From Candidatus Latescibacterota bacterium (GTDB lineage: Bacteria; Latescibacterota; UBA2968; UBA8231): a DNA stretch of 64,000 bases. A program made the translations under genes and the position numbers. Position 1 is the first letter of the stretch; the number at the start of each line of letters is the position of its first letter. The notes under the pieces are model-generated. The model saw only the letters and a program-made list of their open reading frames with translations, was not told the DNA's origin and searched no databases. Shown here piece after piece: positions 57,390-64,000 of the stretch. The DNA is taken from the NCBI GenBank assembly GCA_965243025.1, contig CBDETY010000003.1, positions 2,112,001 through 2,176,000 on the forward strand, in the 5' to 3' direction.

Positions 57390-59519
57390 ATGGCAAGGCG
57401 TCCGACAGCTGTAATCGTTATGGGGGTCGCCATCCTCCTTCCCTTCTCGCATCCCGCCGCGGCGACCACCGCCGGCGAGGTGGTGGACCGGGAAACCCTG
57501 GAGGCTTTCGTGCGGGCGGCCAAGGCCCGCCTGGACAGCGCCACCACTCTTCTCGAGTACCAGGCGGCCCTGCAGGACTTCCGCACCGACGAAGCCTGGA
57601 AGCAGGGCTCCATCTACCTCTTCATCTTCAACACCGACGGAGTTTTCATCTTTCACGGGGACGACCCAAGCCTCGAGGGCCGGAACCTGATCGACCTCGA
57701 GGACGCCGATGGCGTCAGGATCGTCCAGGACCTGATTGCCGCCGCCGCCGGAGGGGGAGGTTTCGTCGAATATCTGTGGCCCGATCCTGTGGTCGCAGGG
57801 GACGAGGAAACCGGTTCGCCGAAAGTGAGCTACGCCCTGCCCTATTCCGCTCTCAACCGGGACTTCGTCATAGGCTCGGGGATTTTTCCGGGATCCGTCG
57901 GCGTGGAGGCTCCCCCCGGCGAGCCCGCAACACCCCGGGACTCGGTGATAACCGCCGCCGGAGTGGTGGACGGCGAGACCCTGCGGGCCTTCGTGGAAGG
58001 CGCCAAAGCACGTATAGAGGAAATTGACGAGTCGGGGGAACTGCTGTCGCCCTTTCTCTCCACTCTCAGGGAAGAAGGAGACTGGAAGCACGGGAACACC
58101 TTCCTCATTCTCATGAGCGAAGAAGGGATCGTCCTGCTTCACGCGGACGACGAGAATGCGGGGGACAAGAACCTCCATGCGCTCGAAGACGATCGCGGGA
58201 ACACGGTCGTGCAGGACCTCATCGCGGCCTCGGACACAGGCGGCGAGGTTGAGTATTTCTGGGACGACCCGGCGCAGGAAGGAGACGAGGATACTGCCAA
58301 GATCGCCTATGCTACCCAGTTCTCCGGCCGGACATACGGAAACACCGTCGTTCTCATTGGAGGGTATTACCAGGATGTGTCGCATGTCCCGCCGCCGGTG
58401 TACGACCTGTCGCTCATCCCGAGTCCGGAGGTGACGGCCGCCGAGGTTGCGGATCTCGAAAGCCTCGCGGCTTTTGTAACGGTAGCGCTGCAGGCCTATG
58501 TCACCGCATTGCGGGAACATGGCGTCGAGCGCTACAGGGACATCCTGAACGTCTTCAGGGCGGAAGAAGGAGATTGGCGGCATGGTTCGATCTACCTCTT
58601 CATCTTTACCACCAACGGATACGTGATCTTTCATGGAGCGGATCGGACCCAGGAAGCCCGGAGCGTGCTCGACGCCGAGGACATCAACGGGGTCAAGGTC
58701 GTCCGGGAACTCATCGAGGCAGCCAGGGCAGGGGGCGGCTACGTCCAATACAACCTCGATGATCCGTCAGTAACAGGAGACGAAGACACCGGTTCGCCCA
58801 AGATCAGTTACGCCAAGTCCTTTACCACGAGGAATGGCCGGGAGATTGTTGTCGGCGCCGGGATTTACGGGCTCCCTGCCCTGGGTGAGACTGTCCGAAC
58901 GGAAGTGGACGCCACGGTCCTGGGCGACCCGGTCGAAGACCTGACCGTCGAGTTTTCCCGGGCCATCGCCGGGCGCGCACGCGCCTACGCCTGGAAAGCC
59001 GTCACCGACACGGCTGGCAAGGCCTCCCTGACCATCTCCGGCTCGAGGCGCTCCCACGTCGGCGGTTTCTACGAAGCCCGCGCGCGAACGGCCGACGGCG
59101 ACGTCGTCGGGCAGTGGCACAGCATCCCCCTCAACCGCGGCATGCGCCAGGTTCTGGAGCTGCCCCTGGGAGGGGACGCGCGGGTGGTGTCCAGCGAACG
59201 GCTGGACGCCGCCAAACAGGTCGCCGAACCGGGGCAGCCGCTTGCCGTCGGCCTGGAACCTAATGCGCCCAATCCCTTCAACAGCAGCACCCGGATTCCC
59301 TACCGCCTGCAATCCCCCGGACCCGTGCGCCTGGTGATCTACAACGCTCTGGGCCAGCCGGTGCGCACGCTGGTGGAGGAGTCTCAGCCGGCAGGGGCGC
59401 ACCTCGTCCACTGGGACGCCCGCGACCGGCAGGGCTCGGCGGTTGCCGCCGGGGTGTACTTCGCCCGCCTGCATTATCCCGGAGGGGTGCAGACCCGGCG
59501 GATGCTCTACCTCAAGTAG
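57390..59519 (+). CDS. Secreted protein with three tandem single-Cache-like domains and a FlgD-Ig/T9SS-like tail
   Basis: Signal peptide; repeats with YLFIF..FHG..D.DG..V..LI..A..GGG.V.Y.W.DP..K..YA; tail NAPNPFN..IYNALGQPVRTL..WD..GVYFARL..MLYLK. Confidence 0.85.
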   Translation: MARRPTAVIVMGVAILLPFSHPAAATTAGEVVDRETLEAFVRAAKARLDSATTLLEYQAALQDFRTDEAWKQGSIYLFIFNTDGVFIFHGDDPSLEGRNLIDLEDADGVRIVQDLIAAAAGGGGFVEYLWPDPVVAGDEETGSPKVSYALPYSALNRDFVIGSGIFPGSVGVEAPPGEPATPRDSVITAAGVVDGETLRAFVEGAKARIEEIDESGELLSPFLSTLREEGDWKHGNTFLILMSEEGIVLLHADDENAGDKNLHALEDDRGNTVVQDLIAASDTGGEVEYFWDDPAQEGDEDTAKIAYATQFSGRTYGNTVVLIGGYYQDVSHVPPPVYDLSLIPSPEVTAAEVADLESLAAFVTVALQAYVTALREHGVERYRDILNVFRAEEGDWRHGSIYLFIFTTNGYVIFHGADRTQEARSVLDAEDINGVKVVRELIEAARAGGGYVQYNLDDPSVTGDEDTGSPKISYAKSFTTRNGREIVVGAGIYGLPALGETVRTEVDATVLGDPVEDLTVEFSRAIAGRARAYAWKAVTDTAGKASLTISGSRRSHVGGFYEARARTADGDVVGQWHSIPLNRGMRQVLELPLGGDARVVSSERLDAAKQVAEPGQPLAVGLEPNAPNPFNSSTRIPYRLQSPGPVRLVIYNALGQPVRTLVEESQPAGAHLVHWDARDRQGSAVAAGVYFARLHYPGGVQTRRMLYLK

Positions 59520-59681
59520 CCCGGAGCCCCGGAGCTTGCCCCGTCGCATCCGGCCGGGCCTGACTGTCGGCTTACGGTTGGCGCTCTCCGGATGTTCGTC
59601 AACCCAAACGGAGTTCGAACTGAAACAGCCAGGAGTTTTCCCGCTCGACCGCGGGTTTGCCCCATCATGAAGGAGACCCCC

Positions 59682-61031
59682 ATGAAATCCGTTTCATTTT
59701 CCCTGCTCGCGTGCGTCCTTATCCTGGGCGCCTGTTCCGACCTCGATCCGGTTTCCTCCAACCAGCCGGAAGCTGCCGCCAAGCGGATATCCAGCAGCCT
59801 GACCCCGAGCGCCCCGGTCGCCGGACTTGCCGAGTCCAGGCCCTCCCGAACCGGCTTCGAGCCCGGCCCCCTCGGTGCCGTCGAGGTCGGCGAGGGGGAG
59901 GCGCTGCAGATCCGCTCGCTGCTCGCGCACACCGTCGCGCCGTCACTGGGAGCGCCGTCCCGGCAAAGCATCGAGCTTGCGGTGGCGGACTTCGGACCCG
60001 TTCACGGCCGCGAGGTCGAGCTCGGAGAAGCCGTGGACGCCGCGTGCTCCCCGGAAGGGGGAAGCGCCGGCGCCGAACAGATCGCCGCCGAGCCGCAGGT
60101 GATCGGCGTCATCGGCACCTCCTGCTCGGCCGCCGCGGTGGCGGCTTCACCGGTTATAAGCGAAGCGGGGCTGGTGATGATCTCGCCGTCCAACACCTCG
60201 CCTTCGCTCACCTCCGACCTGGCAGGCAACGCCAATCCCGGCCACCACCCGGGGTACTTCCGCGTTTCCATCAACGATCTCTACCAGGCGCAGGCGGTCG
60301 CCGGCTTCGCCTACACCGAGCTGGGCCTGCGGAGCATGGCTGCGGTCGACGACGGCGACCCGTACACGACCGCCCTCGTCAGCGCCTTCGGCGACGCGTT
60401 CGAAGCCCTCGGAGGGACTCTTGGGGCCACCGCCCGGATCGAGAAGGGGGAAACGGAAATGACCTCCGTGCTCGCGGAGTTCGCCGGGGCCGGTCCCGAC
60501 GGCATCTTCTTCCCGCTGTTCGAGGTGGAAGGCTCCCCCTTCGCCGAGCAGGCGCGGGCCTTCGACGGCCTGGAAGGGGTGGCCCTCATTTCGGGCGCCG
60601 CCCTTCTCGTGTCCGAGTTCCTCGCCACGCCGCAGTCGGAGGGGATCTACTTCGCCGGACCGGAGTCGGCTCTCGGCTCGAACGTCAACGCCGCGACCGG
60701 CAGGAGCGCCGAGGAAGTGCTCGAGGCCTTCGCCGCCGCGTACGGGGGCGCCCCGGGGACTCCCTACTGGGCGCACTCCTACGACGCGGCGACGCTGCTG
60801 CTGGGAGCAATCGAGTCGGTCGCCGTGGCCGAGGGAGGCAAGCTGCACGTCGACCGCGCCGGGTTGCGCGAGGCGATCGCCGCCACCGAGGGTTTCCAGG
60901 GACTCGTCGGCGCGCTCTCCTGCGACGATTTCGGGGACTGCGGCACCGGGCGCATCAACATCTACCACCACACGGACGCCGGCATCGCCGATCCGGCGCA
61001 GCTGCCGGTGGTCTACCGGTTCGCTCCCTGA
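59682..61031 (+). CDS. Branched-chain amino-acid-type (LivJ/K-like) binding lipoprotein
   Basis: AAGGAG SD; lipobox LGAC; GVIGTSCS, ISPSNT, DGDPY, SYDA. Confidence 0.88.
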   Translation: MKSVSFSLLACVLILGACSDLDPVSSNQPEAAAKRISSSLTPSAPVAGLAESRPSRTGFEPGPLGAVEVGEGEALQIRSLLAHTVAPSLGAPSRQSIELAVADFGPVHGREVELGEAVDAACSPEGGSAGAEQIAAEPQVIGVIGTSCSAAAVAASPVISEAGLVMISPSNTSPSLTSDLAGNANPGHHPGYFRVSINDLYQAQAVAGFAYTELGLRSMAAVDDGDPYTTALVSAFGDAFEALGGTLGATARIEKGETEMTSVLAEFAGAGPDGIFFPLFEVEGSPFAEQARAFDGLEGVALISGAALLVSEFLATPQSEGIYFAGPESALGSNVNAATGRSAEEVLEAFAAAYGGAPGTPYWAHSYDAATLLLGAIESVAVAEGGKLHVDRAGLREAIAATEGFQGLVGALSCDDFGDCGTGRINIYHHTDAGIADPAQLPVVYRFAP

Positions 61032-61198
61032 AGCGGGACCTGACCACCGGTCGGATCAGCAAGGGCCTCGCCCAGTCCCACCGGGTATCGGCCGCAGATT
61101 CGGCAACCCCCTGGATAACGAGGTCAGGACCGCAGGCGTTCCCGCCTGTTTTCCGGGAACGGGAACAGCCGAGGTCACCGCAACCATTTCAGAACCCC

Positions 61199-61364
61199 TG
61201 ATGTCCCGTCGAAGAGATATGTCGCCATCGGAACGCCGATCCGTCCCGACTCACGGCGTTGCCTTCGCTCGCCGTACACCCTCGGTACGACTCGCTCAGG
61301 CGCCTTGTGAGCCGGGCGCCTCGGCATCCCGATTTTGTCAACCTGTCTCTGCGACGGGACACTA
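61199..61364 (+). mobile_element. MITE copy 1 (166 bp, IS630-like ends)
   Basis: TIRs TGATGTCCCGTCGAAGAGA / TCTCTGCGACGGGACACTA; about 90% identical to 63109-63274 (16 differences by hand count). Confidence 0.75.
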
Positions 61365-61377
61365 GTCGAGGCCCCCT

Positions 61378-63111
61378 CTGTCACCAGCCCCCGCAGACCG
61401 TCAGATCCGCTACGAACCGGACGAACGGTGCCCGCCGCTCCTGGCCATGCTGGTCGGGGTTCAGGGGATCGTGATCGTGCTCGCGCCCACGGTGTTGATC
61501 GTGGCGGTCACCGTGCTTGCCTCGGGCCAGGGCGAAAGCTTCATGTCCTGGGCGGTCTTCGCGGCCCTCGTCATCGCCGGGGGGGCCACTGCCCTGCAGG
61601 CTGCCAGAATCGGACGGCTGGGCGGAGGCCACCTGCTCATTACGGGAGTCACGCCCAACTTCATCGCCGTCTCGGTCCTGGCCCTGGAGGAGGGCGGCCC
61701 GGCCCTGTTGGCGAGTCTCATGGTCCTTTCCTCGCTCTTCTACCTGGCGGTTGCCGCGTGGCTGCCGCTGCTGCGCCGCATCATCACGCCGGTCGTCTCC
61801 GGCACCGTGCTCATGCTTATCGCCGCCATGGTCCTGCCCATCGCTTTCGACCGGCTGACAGAAGTACCGGAAGGGGCGCCGGCGGCCGCCGGTCCGTTCG
61901 TGGCCGCGGTGACCCTGTTCGTATCGACGATGCTGATGCTGCGCGCTCCCCGGACCTGGCGTCCGTGGTCCCTGCTGATCGGGATCGCCGCAGGCTGCGC
62001 CGCCTCGGCGCCGCTCGGACTGTACGATTTCGAGCGTCTGGCCGCTGCTTCCTGGATCGGAGTTCCCGACAGCGGGTTCCCCGGACTGGACCTGAGGCTT
62101 ACCGCCGGGTTCTGGGCCATGCTGCCGATGTTCCTGATCGTCGTCCTCGTACAGGCGATCAAGAACATCAGCGACGGCATGGTCGCTCAACAGGTGGCGC
62201 GGCCCCGGCCCCGGGCAACCGATTTCCGCCTCATCCAAGGATCGGTCTACGCCAACGGGGCGGGCATCCTGTTGTCGGGCCTGGCCGGGACACCGCCGAC
62301 ATCCTCCTATTCCTCGCTCACCGCCTCGCTCATCCACCTCACCGGGGTCGCCGCCCGCAACGTCGGCTACGCCATGGGAGGCCTTCTCGTGGTGCTCGCC
62401 TTCCTCCCCAAGGTGACCGGCGCCCTGCTCACCATTCCCCCCCCGGTCATGGGGGGCTTCCTGCTGGTCGCCCTGGGCATGTTCTTCGTCGAGGGAATCC
62501 AGACCCTGGCGCGGGCCGGCCTCGACCTGCAACACGCCATCGTCGCCGGACTGGCGTTCTCGATCGGCCTCGGCATGAAGGACCACAACATCCTCGAGGG
62601 CATTCTGGGAAATCCCTGGGGGGCGTTGCTCGGCAACGGCATGACCATGGGCACGGCGACGGCGATGGCGCTGACCGCCTTCCTCGAGCTGACCAGACCG
62701 CGCCGGCGGCGCCTCGAGGTCCGGCTGGATACTTCCGACCTTCCCCGGATCGACGCCTTTCTCCATGAGGTCGCAGCCAGGATGGGTTGGGACCATGGCG
62801 CCGCCGGGCGCCTGCGCTCCGCTGGCGAGGAGACCCTGGCGTGCCTGCTGCAGCCGGGAAACCCGGATCCGGCGGGGCAGGCGCCGCGCCTCGTCATCTC
62901 CGCGCGTCCGGAAGGTGGATCAGTCGAGATGGAGTTCCTGGCGATTTCCGACGAGGAGAACCTCGAAGACCGCCTTGCGTACCTGGACGAACAGACCGAA
63001 ACCGCCGATGGAGAAGAGCTGTCGTTCCGCCTGTTGCGCCACTACGCTTCCTCGGTCCGGCACCAGAAGTACCACGGGCTGGACATCGTTACGGTGCGGG
63101 TGACCCCTTAG
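61378..63111 (+). CDS. Divergent NCS2 (xanthine/uracil permease-like) protein fused to a degenerate RsbW-like HATPase domain
   Basis: Multi-TM; RRIITPVVSGTVLMLI, ANG..LAGTPP, FLPK..LLTIPPPVMGG; soluble tail 62701-63111; start uncertain (CTG 61378 or ATG 61447). Confidence 0.82.
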   Translation: MSPAPADRQIRYEPDERCPPLLAMLVGVQGIVIVLAPTVLIVAVTVLASGQGESFMSWAVFAALVIAGGATALQAARIGRLGGGHLLITGVTPNFIAVSVLALEEGGPALLASLMVLSSLFYLAVAAWLPLLRRIITPVVSGTVLMLIAAMVLPIAFDRLTEVPEGAPAAAGPFVAAVTLFVSTMLMLRAPRTWRPWSLLIGIAAGCAASAPLGLYDFERLAAASWIGVPDSGFPGLDLRLTAGFWAMLPMFLIVVLVQAIKNISDGMVAQQVARPRPRATDFRLIQGSVYANGAGILLSGLAGTPPTSSYSSLTASLIHLTGVAARNVGYAMGGLLVVLAFLPKVTGALLTIPPPVMGGFLLVALGMFFVEGIQTLARAGLDLQHAIVAGLAFSIGLGMKDHNILEGILGNPWGALLGNGMTMGTATAMALTAFLELTRPRRRRLEVRLDTSDLPRIDAFLHEVAARMGWDHGAAGRLRSAGEETLACLLQPGNPDPAGQAPRLVISARPEGGSVEMEFLAISDEENLEDRLAYLDEQTETADGEELSFRLLRHYASSVRHQKYHGLDIVTVRVTP

Positions 63112-63274
63112 TGTCCTGTCGCAGAAATATGTCGACATCGGGAAGCCGATCCATCCCGGCTCACGGCGTTGCCTTCGCTCCCCGTACACCCTCGGTACGA
63201 CTCGCTCAGGCGCCTTGTGAGCCGGGCGCCTCGGCCTCCCGATTTTGTAAATCTATCTCTGCGACGGGACACCA
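63109..63274 (+). mobile_element. MITE copy 2 (166 bp, IS630-like ends)
   Basis: TIRs TAGTGTCCTGTCGCAGAAATA / TATCTCTGCGACGGGACACCA; direct repeat of copy 1 at offset 1910. Confidence 0.75.
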
Positions 63275-63364
63275 GCAGCCCGGATCTCGGAAGGGGACAG
63301 CCCCCCAACGTGCCCAAACCTCCGGGCCAGGTCTGCCGGGACAGGCTTTGCGAAAAGTCGCGGG

Positions 63365-64000
63365 TCAGGCAGGAACGTTCTGCTCGAGGAATTCACGCAT
63401 CAAGCCGGCGCATTCCTCGGGTTGTTCCAGTTGCAGAAGGTGCGTCGTCTCGGGCAGGAAATCGTAATTCACCGTCAGGATATGGCTGAGGTCGAGCGTC
63501 GGCAGATAGGAGTATGGAAGGGTGGGATCGGCGCCGATGACCTTGATGGGGCAACCGAAGGTCGCAAAGTCCACCAACACCGCATACGGGGCGGCGTAAT
63601 CCACGATCTGCGCTTCGTACTCGGGCGGACAGCGAAGTTCATACCCCTCGCCGCCCGCACATTCGCGCAGGGTCGTCCTTGCAACCAGGTCGGAAACCCC
63701 GGGAACAACACGCTGGAAGGTTGGTATATAGGGAAGAACATCCGCGAGTTCCTCCCTGGATTTGAACCGACAGGTGCGGCGCCGGGTCATTGCAGCCACA
63801 CGCTCGCTCGCCGCGTCGAATTCCTCGTAGCTGGCGCCGCGCTTGCACAAGGGCGGATCGAACAGGACGCAGGCGGAAAACCCACTGCCCCTGGAAGGGG
63901 ACAAAAGCGCCGTCAGGGCGGCAAGCGAATGGAAAACCCCGATTTTCGGTTTCTTTCCGTAGTGGCGGTCGATTGCCTGAAGAATGAGGTCGTGGTCGCT
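63365..64000 (-). CDS. Alpha/beta hydrolase fold protein (5' end outside the window)
   Basis: Frame open to the window edge; IGVFHSLAA nucleophile-elbow-like motif, VLFDPP, C-terminal TTHLLQLEQPE. Confidence 0.7.
   Translation of the reverse strand, partial: SDHDLILQAIDRHYGKKPKIGVFHSLAALTALLSPSRGSGFSACVLFDPPLCKRGASYEEFDAASERVAAMTRRRTCRFKSREELADVLPYIPTFQRVVPGVSDLVARTTLRECAGGEGYELRCPPEYEAQIVDYAAPYAVLVDFATFGCPIKVIGADPTLPYSYLPTLDLSHILTVNYDFLPETTHLLQLEQPEECAGLMREFLEQNVPA

Noticed and set aside
61199-63274. CRISPR array or intact insertion sequence
   Set aside because: Only two 166-bp units separated by a whole gene; no spacers, cas genes or transposase.
63365-64000. Pseudogene (ORF track starts it at 63904)
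   Set aside because: The frame is open to the window edge, so it is simply truncated by the window.
1-64000. tRNA, rRNA, prophage, integrase or defence-system genes
   Set aside because: None recognised on either strand.

Overview
High-GC bacterial chromosome segment. TonB receptors, a PorV-like barrel and 'PNPFN' FlgD-Ig/T9SS-like C-terminal tails suggest a non-Bacteroidota FCB-group diderm such as Latescibacterota or Gemmatimonadota (inference). In order: (1) housekeeping and sugar genes (stand-alone PurH cyclohydrolase half, HpcH aldolase, SelA-like PLP enzyme, gmhA, lpdA, YcaQ-like glycosylase, rnhA); (2) a cobalamin-riboswitch operon for B12 uptake and cobinamide salvage (BtuB-like receptor, beta-propeller with sorting tail, pduO, ABC system, cbiZ, cbiB); (3) a MacAB-type exporter with two adaptors plus speD; (4) a CHAD/histidine kinase/NtrC operon with a candidate structured leader RNA; (5) surface-glycan genes; (6) a TonB receptor, large secreted protein and PorV triad behind a sigma54-like promoter, then another TonB receptor; (7) a 12-kb co-directional nitrogen-related cluster (RsbW-like, STAS, Amt without GlnK, circularly permuted ATP-grasp, alpha-E, transglutaminase, secreted triple-Cache protein, amino-acid binding lipoprotein, and a degenerate NCS2 permease fused to a pseudo-RsbW domain). 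The last gene is bracketed by two 166-bp hairpin MITEs. Cluster 7 is the best candidate for an undescribed system. All calls come from motif recognition by eye; no searches were run.
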